Positions 29,445 to 39,269 of a stretch of DNA of 64,000 bases are shown in pieces. Every line of letters begins with the position of its first letter. The stretch's first letter is position 1. The translations under genes and the position numbers were made by a program. The notes under the pieces are model-generated. The model searched no databases and was not told the DNA's origin. It was given only the letters and a program-made list of their open reading frames with translations. This DNA comes from a virus: positions 1-64,000 of IMG/VR virus record IMGVR_UViG_3300028025_006304; one strand, given 5' to 3'.

Positions 29445-30655
29445 CCTATAAATATTGTCATTGGGGTTTTATTCAATTCTGTTTGGGAAAAGTCTGCTTC
29501 TGCTGCTCTTCTTTCAAGCATGGATTGGCGAGATGTTTCATTAAAATATTCTCTTAACCTTACAATTAAAGCTTCTTTATCAGTAGCAGCAGATGAGGTT
29601 AAAGTATCTCCGTTTAAGGTAACTTCTGCACCTGGAATTGGGATTTGTGAATATTTGTTTCTAACATATCCTAGCATTTCTTTTGAAAGTGCTAAAGTAT
29701 ATTCAAAGATCCAGCTTCTACCTATTGAATTTATTTGAGAATAAACTGGGTTACCGTATGGAGCGTTTGAGACATTAGTGATTAATCCACTACCGCTAAC
29801 TCCACTTCCAGAAACTAATGAATTTTCTAAACGTTCGCTCTTAAGTAGATATTGGAACCAGTAATGGGTTCCTGTATCACCCTCTGTGGGACACGGAAAT
29901 ATTCTTAGCTTATTGTTTATAAGTTGAAAACTATAACCTGATAAAAGAATTTCATCAGCTAATTCTACTTGCTGGATGGCCGCCACGTTATATGCTAATG
30001 GGTTTTGTAAATAACCTATACCGCCAGCTCCTGCTACACCACCTAAAGCACCAAAGAAACCACCAAACCCAGATCCTAAACCAACAGCACCACCATAGTA
30101 GTAGGTAGCTGAAGCTGGAACACCATGATAAAATACATTTTGGATCTCTAAATTACTTCCTGAAATACCATTTTGTTGAGCCCAAACATCTAAATCATAA
30201 TCCTGAACTGAACCTGTTAATATAACCGAACCGGAATACCAATTGGTATTTCCTCCTACTCCTGCTGCCTCTCCATATTGTTCTGAGATGCGTATTACGT
30301 TAGCTAAGCTAGGGGTGATTTGGGTATTGTTTAATACGGGCGTAGATATAGGTAAACCCTCCAAGTTAAGCATGTTTTCTCTAACTTGGTAGGCATATAA
30401 TTCGTTACCATAGATAGTTGTTGCTTCTTCAAAGGCAGTCCAAAAGTTTAAGTCCTGTAGTTCTACGTTTTCAATAGGATATCCTAAACGTCTAGAACAG
30501 AAATTAGCTACCTTATTGGCATCTGTTTTAAAAGCAGAGTCATTATCATAAAATCCAAATGAAGTAGGTGAACTACCTGTTGATGGAGTATTATAATAGG
30601 AGGCTGATACTGCTGCAAATGAAGATGATCCAGGCCAAATAGGAATGTTTGCCAT
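29441..30655 (-). CDS. Neck protein (gp13-like adaptor)
   Basis: RRLGYPIENVEL; LSKEMLGYVRNKYSQIPIPGAEVTLNG. Confidence 0.8.
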   Translation of the reverse strand: MANIPIWPGSSSFAAVSASYYNTPSTGSSPTSFGFYDNDSAFKTDANKVANFCSRRLGYPIENVELQDLNFWTAFEEATTIYGNELYAYQVRENMLNLEGLPISTPVLNNTQITPSLANVIRISEQYGEAAGVGGNTNWYSGSVILTGSVQDYDLDVWAQQNGISGSNLEIQNVFYHGVPASATYYYGGAVGLGSGFGGFFGALGGVAGAGGIGYLQNPLAYNVAAIQQVELADEILLSGYSFQLINNKLRIFPCPTEGDTGTHYWFQYLLKSERLENSLVSGSGVSGSGLITNVSNAPYGNPVYSQINSIGRSWIFEYTLALSKEMLGYVRNKYSQIPIPGAEVTLNGDTLTSSAATDKEALIVRLREYFNETSRQSMLERRAAEADFSQTELNKTPMTIFIG

Positions 30656-30665
30656 ACGTTTTCGT

Positions 30666-30674
30666 TATAAATAT
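30666..30674 (-). promoter_or_regulatory. ATATTTATA late-promoter-like motif
   Basis: Upstream of the neck gene. Confidence 0.6.
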
Positions 30675-30684
30675 GTAGAAAGGT

Positions 30685-31416
30685 TTAGTTCTTCCTTCCG
30701 TTTGAACTAGATGTACCCAATGATATACCTTGGGATGCCGCCTCTTCATAATATGAGATAAGATCCTCTACAATTGGGTGGCGATGGTTTGTCTTAAGAG
30801 ATATAGCGCAAAGATCTTTTATCTTTTTAGCGCCGGTATATAAAAACCTAAAGCCTGATTCGCGCTTGGATTTTAAATCTACTTGATTATCGTCTCCACA
30901 AATAATCATTTTACTTCGTAAACCTAATCGGGTAACGATCATTTCCATTTGCTCGTGTGTTACGTTTTGAGCCTCGTCCACTATTACTACTGAATCCATA
31001 AATGTACGACCTCGCATAAACGATAAAGGTACTATCTCAATCTGCCCGGCTTGTATGAGTTGTTCCACTTTAACTTTGTCATATAACGCGTACATGTTTT
31101 GGTATATCGGCTGCACCCATGGGTCCATTTTCTCGCGTAAATCACCGGGTAGAAACCCTATTTCTTCTTTTGATACTGTAGGTCTGGTAATAATGACTTT
31201 TTCAGCTTCTTTCATAAATAGCTTCTCTAATGCTATTTGACATGCTAAAAATGTTTTACCTGATCCGGCCGAGCCGGCTAACAACGTAACTGTGTGTTGT
31301 AATATTTTTGCTTTGGCTTCTTTCTGTTCTGGGTTTAATTCTGTTTTAAACTTAATTGGAGTTTTTGGTTTGCGCTTTTCCTGGAAGATTGGATCTTCGT
31401 GATGGTGTGAAGCCAT
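30685..31416 (-). CDS. phoH: PhoH-like ATPase
   Basis: GSAGSGKT, ITRP, IGFLPGD, FMRGRTF, DEAQN, GDDNQVD. Confidence 0.95.
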   Translation of the reverse strand: MASHHHEDPIFQEKRKPKTPIKFKTELNPEQKEAKAKILQHTVTLLAGSAGSGKTFLACQIALEKLFMKEAEKVIITRPTVSKEEIGFLPGDLREKMDPWVQPIYQNMYALYDKVKVEQLIQAGQIEIVPLSFMRGRTFMDSVVIVDEAQNVTHEQMEMIVTRLGLRSKMIICGDDNQVDLKSKRESGFRFLYTGAKKIKDLCAISLKTNHRHPIVEDLISYYEEAASQGISLGTSSSNGRKN

Positions 31417-31451
31417 AAATTAATTAATAAGTGAAACAAATTATTATCGTG

Positions 31452-31460
31452 TATAAATAT
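31452..31460 (-). promoter_or_regulatory. ATATTTATA late-promoter-like motif
   Basis: Upstream of phoH. Confidence 0.6.
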
Positions 31461-31469
31461 TAAAAAATT

Positions 31470-32057
31470 TTATATTGAAAATTTATTACTTTTTTCTCTA
31501 TTATCTTCTTTCTTTAATGGTTGAGTGTTAGTATATTTAAAGGCCTCGTATAATTGTATCTCATCATTTAAATCAAAAGCATCTATTGGTTTGATATGGT
31601 CTATCTCCCAATACTCTCCATAATTGTCCCAATTTATATCCTGGTTAAACATTTGCTCAAGGTATTGAGTATATTCCTCCATTGTACATCCCAAATATTC
31701 TATAGTACGATCTTTTTTTAGGATTTGGTATGTTTTTAAAGCTTGTGAGATGCGTGCTGAGGTTATATGCTTTAATTTAAATCCTAAATCGGTGTGGTAT
31801 TTTGTTCTGTTCCATTCCCTGTATAACTCTTTTTTAGTGTGATAGTGGGTGGTACAATATTTGTTAAAATATTCTTTGTTTTGGTCGCGGTATACTTTGT
31901 AGTAGTCTGCTCTAGATTCTTTATTGTCTTGATACCATTGATCATTTAAGGGTTTAAGGCAAATTTTACAATATCTATGTTTACCGTCTTTACTATCTTT
32001 TCTATTAAAAAACTCTGTTAAGGGTTTTTTTATATTACATTTTTTACATTGTTTCAT
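31470..32057 (-). CDS. Free-standing HNH endonuclease
   Basis: CxxC...CxxC N-terminus; YLGC...NW.NYG..WEIDHI.P...NTQPL...N. Confidence 0.8.
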   Translation of the reverse strand: MKQCKKCNIKKPLTEFFNRKDSKDGKHRYCKICLKPLNDQWYQDNKESRADYYKVYRDQNKEYFNKYCTTHYHTKKELYREWNRTKYHTDLGFKLKHITSARISQALKTYQILKKDRTIEYLGCTMEEYTQYLEQMFNQDINWDNYGEYWEIDHIKPIDAFDLNDEIQLYEAFKYTNTQPLKKEDNREKSNKFSI

Positions 32058-32095
32058 AATCGCCCGGGGTATTCATGTCCGTTATACATATAAGA

Positions 32096-32118
32096 GAGAG
32101 CCGCAAAACGCGGCTCTC
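32096..32118 (-). terminator. GC-rich hairpin after the major capsid gene
   Basis: GAGAGCCGC-5nt-GCGGCTCTC; U-tract is weak. Confidence 0.6.
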
Positions 32119-32142
32119 AATGATTATTTTATGAAAAATCTA

Positions 32143-33903
32143 TTACAAGCTGTTAAGACCCGAAACAAAAATTTTCGCATAAAATTCTGGACGTAACATC
32201 TTCTTAGCGTAACGAGTCAAGAGACCTTTTCTTGGAGTGAAGGTTTCTGGATCGTAGATAAGAGGAGTCATGATCAACGGAATGTAAGGAGCAAACACAG
32301 CACCGGCTTCCAAGAACTGAGTACCACGGAATCCCATAAGGATTGTGTTTTCAGTCATGTAAGGATTTTTGTAAACTGTGTAGCGGCTATTCAATTGACC
32401 AGCTTTCTGTACACCAAACGCGTATTCCATTTTGTCTGCAGAGCCATCAGAGTTTGAAGCGAATCCTGGGATTGATTCAATTACTGTAGCTACAGTTGGA
32501 GAACATACTAAGAAGTTTGCACCACCACGAAGGGTTAACTGGTGAATCTTGTTAGAAAGTTTCTGCATCTTAGTACCAAGGGTTTGGAACCACTGGCCTT
32601 GAGTGTTGTAGAAACCTGTTTGGCTAGTAGAAGTTGGGAAAGCAAATCCGTCTGCACTACCGTTGTAAACACCGTTGTTCAATACAGTCCAGTACTCAGT
32701 ACCAGCAGCTGCGTCTTCGATCAACATGTCAAGAATTTCGAGGTCGATTTCAAGAGAAATGTACTCGCTCATGATGTTTGTTACTTCAGCTTCTGCGTCA
32801 AGTGCCTGATAGGCATTAAGATCTTGGGCGAATTCTGGAGTCCAAACAGCCTTTAACTTCTTGGTCTTGGCAACAATTGCTTGTGACTGAAGTTGGATGT
32901 TGATTTCTGGGATTACAATTTCAGTAGCGCTTTCAGCGTTAGGAACAGCGAATGCGTTTCCAGCTTCGAAATCACCTACGTTGTAAGGAGACATTTGAGT
33001 AGCCTTGTTGTAGAATACAGTTAATGAACCAGACAAGTTAGCAGCAGATACAGTTTGAGAAGCTGTTACGTAGAAACTGATAGTACCATTTGTGTAGTTG
33101 TAGGTAGTAAAGTTAGGCAACAATGAAGCATCGGTAAGAGCAAATCCACCTACAGAGTAAGTAGGAACGAATCCTCTAACTGCGTCGGGGTCAAATGCTG
33201 TTAATGAAGCTGTAGGAACTACAATCTCGTATACTTGACCAGCAACAATAGAAGCTGATAGATCAGAGTCATAGTTTAAGTCTGCCCATGAAGCATCAGC
33301 GAATGAAGCAGTACCGGCACCAACAGTTGGTAGAGCACCACCATCGGCTGAACCTGTCAAGAATACAGAAGCTGAGAATTGGTTAGTTGAATAGGTAAAT
33401 CTTCCAGCACCGTAAAGACCACCGTTATTATTCTCACCTAAGTTATTAGTGTTTGTAGAGAATGGGTAGTTACCATTGGCTGAACCAGTGTTACCATAGA
33501 GTGATTTTCCAGCAGTGAATGGATTCTTAGTAGTTCCGTATTGGAAATCTAAGAAGAATACAAGACCGGAAGGTAGGTTCATAGGCTGTACAGAAACGAA
33601 TTCTTTAGCAGCGATTTGACCGAATACCTTACGTACTAATGGAAGAGCAATACCAGCCCATTCGGCACCTGTGCCGACTGAGAAGTTACCGAAACCAGTA
33701 CCACCACCTACAGAAGATTGCTCTACTACTAGTTGCTTGGCTTGGTTTTCTAGGATTAAAGACATGTTGTTCTTGTCGGTCTCCGAGCGAAGTCCTTCAA
33801 GTAAACCTGTTCTATCCCATTTTGAGGCTAATTTAGCCGCGTCAGACTGCATATTCTTCCAACCGGAAGCTGCAGACTCGAGTAATTGTTGTACTTGTGA
33901 CAT
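32143..33903 (-). CDS. Major capsid protein (gp23-like)
   Basis: LPLVRKVF, VQPMNLPSGLVF, KLKAVWTPEFAQDL, FAPYIPL, P..GLLTRY. Confidence 0.95.
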   Translation of the reverse strand: MSQVQQLLESAASGWKNMQSDAAKLASKWDRTGLLEGLRSETDKNNMSLILENQAKQLVVEQSSVGGGTGFGNFSVGTGAEWAGIALPLVRKVFGQIAAKEFVSVQPMNLPSGLVFFLDFQYGTTKNPFTAGKSLYGNTGSANGNYPFSTNTNNLGENNNGGLYGAGRFTYSTNQFSASVFLTGSADGGALPTVGAGTASFADASWADLNYDSDLSASIVAGQVYEIVVPTASLTAFDPDAVRGFVPTYSVGGFALTDASLLPNFTTYNYTNGTISFYVTASQTVSAANLSGSLTVFYNKATQMSPYNVGDFEAGNAFAVPNAESATEIVIPEINIQLQSQAIVAKTKKLKAVWTPEFAQDLNAYQALDAEAEVTNIMSEYISLEIDLEILDMLIEDAAAGTEYWTVLNNGVYNGSADGFAFPTSTSQTGFYNTQGQWFQTLGTKMQKLSNKIHQLTLRGGANFLVCSPTVATVIESIPGFASNSDGSADKMEYAFGVQKAGQLNSRYTVYKNPYMTENTILMGFRGTQFLEAGAVFAPYIPLIMTPLIYDPETFTPRKGLLTRYAKKMLRPEFYAKIFVSGLNSL

Positions 33904-33927
33904 TTTATTACAGGGGTTTTATGTTAA

Positions 33928-35154
33928 TTAATTTCTTTTAATACCCGCTAAGATTTGCCATCTAGCGAATTGATCGTTTACCTCAAGGATTGGTTTCTTT
34001 TCTGGAGCCATACCTGCCGCTTTTGAGGCCATACCTCTCATTGATTCAGTAACAGCAGTTTTAGTTTCCTTAACTGTGGTTAATGTCTCATAGATAAGTT
34101 TAGCATCTCTTACGGAAGCAGCTTTATCAAAAGCTTCCAATACCTTTACTTTTTGTGTTTCGTTTAAATTCTTAGCTCTGAAGATTTTGTTAGTGTAAAG
34201 AAGTTTAGCGTTTAGAAGTTTTACTTCTGAAAGTGTTGAAGCGAGTTCTTGGATTGTGTTGTTCATTTCTTCTACTTCAGCGGCTTCTTCCATCTTTTTA
34301 CCAGCACTGACAGCACCGCCCAAAGCTGCTAGAAGTTCACCTACAGTTTTAACACCGAATAATTTCATTAACATCTCTTCAGACATGCCTTTGATTTTAC
34401 TCATAATGTTTTCATCAATTACTCCTTCTTCCATCTTTTTCTTAGATCTTTCATAGTCAGCAATACCTTCTTCTTCAGCGGTGTCTTTTTTAATTTTACC
34501 ACGCTTAGCAGAAGGAATATTATCTTTATTTCCACCGTAGTGCTTTCTTTCGGATACTATTTCCTCTTCATCTTCCATATCGATATCGATATCTTCTTCT
34601 TCGTCGTCTTCGAATTTTTCTCCGGCTTCGAGCTCACCAGCTCTAACCATGTCTTCAATTACGTCTTCGATTAAGTCTTTGAGCTCGTCTTCAGTCATGT
34701 CTTCAAGGTCGATTTCATCGTCCTCTTCACCTTCTTCTTCAGAATCCATTTCCATGTCATCCATGTCCATATCTTCTTCTTGTTCGTTTAGGGTTTCTTC
34801 CATTTTTTCTTCGTCGCTCATTTCCTCATCGAGTTCAGCTAAAAGTTCATCAAGATTCATCTCATCTACTTCAGGTTTTTCACGCATCTTTCCAGTACGT
34901 TTTTCTTCGGTATAGTTTGACATTTCTTCTACTTCTCCTTCGCTGTAGTTTTCTTCCATCTCTTTGTTGTCTTCTTCGTACATACCTTCTTCAGTTTCCA
35001 TTTCTGCTAATTTGGCAGAAAATCTTTCCTTTAGATATGGTGTAAAAGCTTCCTCAAGAGCGGCTTTAGCGTTTGCGATTGCTGCTTCTTTGACAGATTT
35101 AGCATCAGCAATAGCCTCTTTTAATAGGTTTCTATTTGCCATTGTTTTGTCCAC
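33928..35154 (-). CDS. Prohead scaffold/core protein (gp22-like)
   Basis: Very acidic, coiled-coil; directly upstream of the capsid gene; LLNAKLLY motif. Confidence 0.8.
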   Translation of the reverse strand: MDKTMANRNLLKEAIADAKSVKEAAIANAKAALEEAFTPYLKERFSAKLAEMETEEGMYEEDNKEMEENYSEGEVEEMSNYTEEKRTGKMREKPEVDEMNLDELLAELDEEMSDEEKMEETLNEQEEDMDMDDMEMDSEEEGEEDDEIDLEDMTEDELKDLIEDVIEDMVRAGELEAGEKFEDDEEEDIDIDMEDEEEIVSERKHYGGNKDNIPSAKRGKIKKDTAEEEGIADYERSKKKMEEGVIDENIMSKIKGMSEEMLMKLFGVKTVGELLAALGGAVSAGKKMEEAAEVEEMNNTIQELASTLSEVKLLNAKLLYTNKIFRAKNLNETQKVKVLEAFDKAASVRDAKLIYETLTTVKETKTAVTESMRGMASKAAGMAPEKKPILEVNDQFARWQILAGIKRN

Positions 35155-35272
35155 AAAATTTGATTTGGGGGGTACGGTTATTTATTCAACCGTAATCAAA
35201 ATTATACATTTACAAATGCTATATAAGGGATAGCATATTACGTCTATACATATGTATGGATTGTTCAAAGAT

Positions 35273-35306
35273 AAAAAAAATAAACCCCCACATTTCTGTG
35301 GGGGTT
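35273..35306 (-). terminator. Intrinsic terminator after the prohead protease gene
   Basis: AACCCCCAC-6nt-GTGGGGGTT followed by TATTTTTTTT. Confidence 0.8.
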
Positions 35307-35349
35307 GGGCCAACGATTCTATCCTTTGGCGGGTTTCTAAGGTAGCAAC

Positions 35350-35958
35350 TTAGATGATTGGGCAGGTACCTTTTGCACAGAGAATTTCTGTTAAAATTCC
35401 ACTTGCTTTACTGTAATGGTTAATTGTGTTGTATTCTTTTCCTTCTTTTACTAGATGCATAAATGAACCTGGGTTGGATGGGGTTGATACAAAATCCCAA
35501 CATAGTAGTTCAAAATCGTCTTGTACTTCCATCATGCCTTCTCCCATTGGTTTAAGTGAGCCCATACCACGGGAAGAAACACCTACCATTACTCCACTGT
35601 CGATAAGTGCTTTAAGGATATTCCCGGAGACAGTCGGTAAAATTTCGATTTTACCTACAACGTGATCACCATCCCACCATATGTCGCGGATGATGTGGCA
35701 AACGTTTTTTAAATTGATTATTGACGAATCTGGGTGGTCTAATTCACCTGTGGCTCTGCTTTGTTTAACCACATCCATGTATTTGTCTATTTCACGCTGC
35801 CAAAGGTCTTTAGCGTAATATCTACCGTTACCATTTTTAACTTGAGCAGTAGCTAAGATACCTTCAACAAGGGGATTACCAGCTGGAGATTTGGTACCTT
35901 CAGTTAATTGAACAGGGTTAACCTGAAACGCTTGGGTTTCAATTAATACTTGTTTCAT
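35350..35958 (-). CDS. Prohead maturation protease (gp21-like)
   Basis: NGNGRYY, GELDHP, GVSSRGMGS, DFVSTPS. Confidence 0.92.
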   Translation of the reverse strand: MKQVLIETQAFQVNPVQLTEGTKSPAGNPLVEGILATAQVKNGNGRYYAKDLWQREIDKYMDVVKQSRATGELDHPDSSIINLKNVCHIIRDIWWDGDHVVGKIEILPTVSGNILKALIDSGVMVGVSSRGMGSLKPMGEGMMEVQDDFELLCWDFVSTPSNPGSFMHLVKEGKEYNTINHYSKASGILTEILCAKGTCPII

Positions 35959-36632
35959 TATTTTTTCTTAGGTAGGTCACCATATCCGCTTGCTTTGTGT
36001 TTGCCTTTAGCGGGTTCTCCTTCACCTAAACCAGGTGATGTTTTTGTATAGCCAATTCCTTTAATACCAAATGCAGCATTTTCTACATAGTATGAAGAGT
36101 TTTTAGCTAAATTTTTTCTAACAATTTCTTTTAATTCATCTATTGTTTTATCAACATTTTTAGGATCTTTCATCTCTGCGTAGTATCCCTCTAAAAATTC
36201 TTGACCATACAAATTGTCAATATTTTTATCATTAGAATATTCAAATCCAGTCATTTCTTGACTGTCTATAACTTCTTTAGATAAACTTTTTTCAACAGCT
36301 TTAGTACTTTGAATACCCATTGATTTAGGAGCAGAAATTGGATTTTCTTGTTGTGATGCGTATGTTTTACCAACGCCACCAGCTACTGTATATTCCTCGT
36401 TTACGTAGGAATCAAATGCTTTAAATGGATCAAAAGTACGTTGAGTAACAATACCACCACCTACTTTAATTTCGCTTAGAACACCTCTTTGTTTTAGAAT
36501 AGTAGTAACCTCATTATATGAGGCATAGTTTGTTACGTATTCTGGGAATAGTCTACGAGCAGATTTTAAGAACATATCTTTATGTCCTTTTCCTTCCTGG
36601 ATTAGATTAAATTGTTCTTGTAGGGTTTTCAT
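35958..36632 (-). CDS. Hypothetical head-region protein
   Basis: 224-aa ORF in the head operon. Confidence 0.6.
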   Translation of the reverse strand: MKTLQEQFNLIQEGKGHKDMFLKSARRLFPEYVTNYASYNEVTTILKQRGVLSEIKVGGGIVTQRTFDPFKAFDSYVNEEYTVAGGVGKTYASQQENPISAPKSMGIQSTKAVEKSLSKEVIDSQEMTGFEYSNDKNIDNLYGQEFLEGYYAEMKDPKNVDKTIDELKEIVRKNLAKNSSYYVENAAFGIKGIGYTKTSPGLGEGEPAKGKHKASGYGDLPKKK

Positions 36633-36633
36633 A

Positions 36634-36897
36634 TTATTTTTGTGGGATTACAGTTGAAACTGGGTAAAATACTACAGCTCCTGCTGATAAAGATGCACTT
36701 GTTATATATAAAGGAATTGTTGTGCCTACTGGGATGTTTGTCCATAAGGCTACACTAGAGGTAGATACATTATTACCTGCATAGTCTCTAAGACCTGCAA
36801 AAGTTGCTGAACCTGATACTACAGTAAAACCAGCAAATGAACCAGTAACACTAGTAGTAGAAATAGTTCCGTTTGTATTAAAAGCAGTATTTGCCAT
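36634..36897 (-). CDS. Small beta-rich protein, possible capsid decoration
   Basis: 87 aa, Ser/Thr/Gly/Ala-rich with TGS/SGS motifs. Confidence 0.5.
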   Translation of the reverse strand: MANTAFNTNGTISTTSVTGSFAGFTVVSGSATFAGLRDYAGNNVSTSSVALWTNIPVGTTIPLYITSASLSAGAVVFYPVSTVIPQK

Positions 36898-36900
36898 TTT

Positions 36901-37149
36901 TTATTGATTTAATAATTTTTCAATATCGTTTAAATAATCCATAATTAGATCTGTGGGTTTTACCACGGCAAATGATTCTGGTTTTTCTTTATAGAATGCT
37001 ATTGTTTCGTCTTTTGCTCTATCAATTGCTGGGTATAAACTGTTTAATCTAGATTCAATGGCTTTGAATGCATCAATGCGTTGATTTTGGAACTCTATTC
37101 TTTTAGGATCAGCCTCGTTGATTCTAGTCTTTAGTTTATACTTATACAT
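36901..37149 (-). CDS. Hypothetical protein
   Basis: 82-aa ORF with upstream motif. Confidence 0.6.
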   Translation of the reverse strand: MYKYKLKTRINEADPKRIEFQNQRIDAFKAIESRLNSLYPAIDRAKDETIAFYKEKPESFAVVKPTDLIMDYLNDIEKLLNQ

Positions 37150-37152
37150 ACC

Positions 37153-37161
37153 TATAAATAT
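37153..37161 (-). promoter_or_regulatory. ATATTTATA late-promoter-like motif
   Basis: Upstream of 36901..37149 and the downstream protease operon. Confidence 0.55.
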
Positions 37162-37736
37162 TAAGGTTTTCCCCAGAGGTATTTAGTGTCTATTGCCTTA
37201 GATTGGGCAGCTAATTTTACGGGATTAACTAGTTTATACTTAAAGTTTTTAGTATAGTAGTTATTCGTTACTCCTTTAGGACCTGCTTTGGGTCCCTTAC
37301 CTAATGATGCACCTGGAGATGCTTCGGGTAATTCTTGTTTTCCCATCTTTTTAAAGGCAAATGGAGTAGCATATTGACTACCTGCTCCAGGAGAGAATGA
37401 TCCGGCTCCAGAACCACCACCAGTACCAGTCATTTCAAACATACCTTTAATTTTTTGGTATTCTGAAGGGTATTTGGTACGCATGTGGGTTCTAAGATTA
37501 TTTCTTAAAACTCTAAATTGGTTATATATTTCTCCAAATTTAGGGTCGTTTATTACCTGGGGATCAGTAACGATTGTCCTAAGGGTTTCTAAAGCGCGGT
37601 TAATGTCTAATAAAAGGATTTCAAAATCAGGAACGTATGTTACGTCTGATTCATTTTCTTCGCCTCCGGGTGTGGGTACAAGGATAAACTTTTTACCTCT
37701 GGCTATTTCCTGAATTTTATTAGATAGAGAGTCCAT
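37161..37736 (-). CDS. Hypothetical protein
   Basis: 191 aa; Gly-rich linker followed by YATPFAF. Confidence 0.6.
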   Translation of the reverse strand: MDSLSNKIQEIARGKKFILVPTPGGEENESDVTYVPDFEILLLDINRALETLRTIVTDPQVINDPKFGEIYNQFRVLRNNLRTHMRTKYPSEYQKIKGMFEMTGTGGGSGAGSFSPGAGSQYATPFAFKKMGKQELPEASPGASLGKGPKAGPKGVTNNYYTKNFKYKLVNPVKLAAQSKAIDTKYLWGKP

Positions 37737-38589
37737 GGGCTGATTTAAGTTCTTCTACAAGTTCACAGTATTGGAGTAAATCAACTATATTTTCGTTTTT
37801 AATAGGTTGATTTTTTTCTATCTCAACTATAAGAGGTAACACTTCATTTAACTTAATTTGAACAGCTTTATCTAATATAGTATTGCTAATAATAGCTAAC
37901 TCTTCTTTAAGTTGTTGGATTCTATTATTATAGAATGTTCTTAATTTAGGGGTAGAATCAACTGATGTAATAAATTCTTTTAATATTTCTTTTTGTGAAG
38001 GATATAAATCAGAATATTTACCATTAAATTTCTCTAATAGAATTTTATAAGTTAACATTCTTACATCCTTATCGTATGTTTGAAATTCTTCTAAAACCTC
38101 GTCTTTTACTTTTTCTGGGTTAACTGGTCCAAGTGTAAGGTGTTCTAAAATGCTATACTTATTAGCTACAATTTGATCAGGGTTGATCATCTCTATTGAG
38201 CTTTGTGCCTCAATTAGTGTATAAAAAGCAGCTTGTGTTTTATAGTTAGGAAGTTTTGTTTTAAAAAACTCATCTAAATTATAGTGCTTTTTAATCTCAT
38301 TGATAAGATTATATTTTTCTCTTTTAAGAGTTTTTTTATTAAGCTTTTTAGATGACTCTAATAGAGTTTGGATAAGTAAATTAGAACGAGATTCGTTTAT
38401 TTTTTTACTCTTAGTTAAGGTCTCGTATAATTTAAGTTCTTTACCTAATTCGCTTTTAACAAAAAATTTCTTAATAATATTTAATGCGGGTGATTGATTA
38501 CCATTGAGGGTGTCAGCTGTTACTTGGCGTACCAGTAATTCAAATAGAATACCAGTATTTTTATACTTTGAATGTTTTATTAAAGACAT
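37720..38589 (-). CDS. Hypothetical helical head-assembly protein (possible prohead core)
   Basis: 289 aa between portal and protease; KHSKYKNTGILFELL N-terminus. Confidence 0.55.
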   Translation of the reverse strand: MSLIKHSKYKNTGILFELLVRQVTADTLNGNQSPALNIIKKFFVKSELGKELKLYETLTKSKKINESRSNLLIQTLLESSKKLNKKTLKREKYNLINEIKKHYNLDEFFKTKLPNYKTQAAFYTLIEAQSSIEMINPDQIVANKYSILEHLTLGPVNPEKVKDEVLEEFQTYDKDVRMLTYKILLEKFNGKYSDLYPSQKEILKEFITSVDSTPKLRTFYNNRIQQLKEELAIISNTILDKAVQIKLNEVLPLIVEIEKNQPIKNENIVDLLQYCELVEELKSAHGLSI

Positions 38590-38595
38590 ATTAAT

Positions 38596-39246
38596 TTATT
38601 TATATTGCCATTTATATCCGTATGCTGTTTTCCTTTTACCACTACAACACTCACATATAGCTCCACTATGTTTACTTAAAGATAAACTTGCTGAAAGCAT
38701 TGAATCAAATTCGGTTATAAAATTATTATTAAGGTCTAATTGAATTATTTTTTTTCTTTTAGGTGAGGGTTTACCAATTTTTGAAAGACGTATTTTTTCA
38801 TTTCTTTCTTTGTTATTAATTAACCAAGGTAAAGTTCCTCTTTTTTTTCCTTTTCTACTCAAAGATTGGGAAATTTTCCACTTTAAACTTTTGGGTTGTT
38901 TTGCGGATGCACTTTTTTTAGATTTTGTTTCTAATGTGTCTTTAACTCCTTTTTTCCCTTCACCTCCATTAGTTAAGTTAACTAAACTCCCTTCATGTAA
39001 ATCTTTTCTACCATAAAGTAATATAAATTCAATTTCTTTTTGACATGCTTCATTCCAAGAAAGATCATTTAAAATTATATCAACTTTATAAGAAGTTTTA
39101 TTAGTAACATTATACCAATATTGATTTCGATTAACCACTTCATTAGCTCTTTTATATAAACCTATTTTAGAGGGTAAATCTTCTCCTATCCCTACATAAA
39201 ATGGAGAGTTAGTATCTAATCTAATATGTCTGTAAATATAAGCCAT
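38596..39246 (-). CDS. GIY-YIG-like homing endonuclease with NUMOD-type DNA-binding tail
   Basis: YIY...FYVGIG...RA; C-terminal IIQLDL...EFDS...AS...ICECCSGKRKTAYGYKW (NUMOD1-like). Confidence 0.8.
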   Translation of the reverse strand: MAYIYRHIRLDTNSPFYVGIGEDLPSKIGLYKRANEVVNRNQYWYNVTNKTSYKVDIILNDLSWNEACQKEIEFILLYGRKDLHEGSLVNLTNGGEGKKGVKDTLETKSKKSASAKQPKSLKWKISQSLSRKGKKRGTLPWLINNKERNEKIRLSKIGKPSPKRKKIIQLDLNNNFITEFDSMLSASLSLSKHSGAICECCSGKRKTAYGYKWQYK

Positions 39247-39250
39247 TTAT

Positions 39251-39259
39251 TATAAATAT
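39251..39259 (-). promoter_or_regulatory. ATATTTATA late-promoter-like motif
   Basis: Upstream of the GIY-YIG endonuclease gene. Confidence 0.55.
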
Positions 39260-39269
39260 ATTAAGATAT

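Noticed and set aside
29447-29455. ATATTTATA as a promoter for 29103..29444
   Set aside because: Lies in the neck gene's last codons (Ile-Phe-Ile), only 2 nt from the ATG; ambiguous, so not listed as a feature
35155-35349. tRNA or larger ncRNA in the longest intergenic gap
   Set aside because: Only short local hairpins, a terminator and promoter-like boxes; no cloverleaf or T-loop consensus
38596-39246. Group I intron interrupting the portal gene
   Set aside because: The portal ORF appears complete with its own stop, and the endonuclease has its own upstream motif; the same holds for both HNH genes
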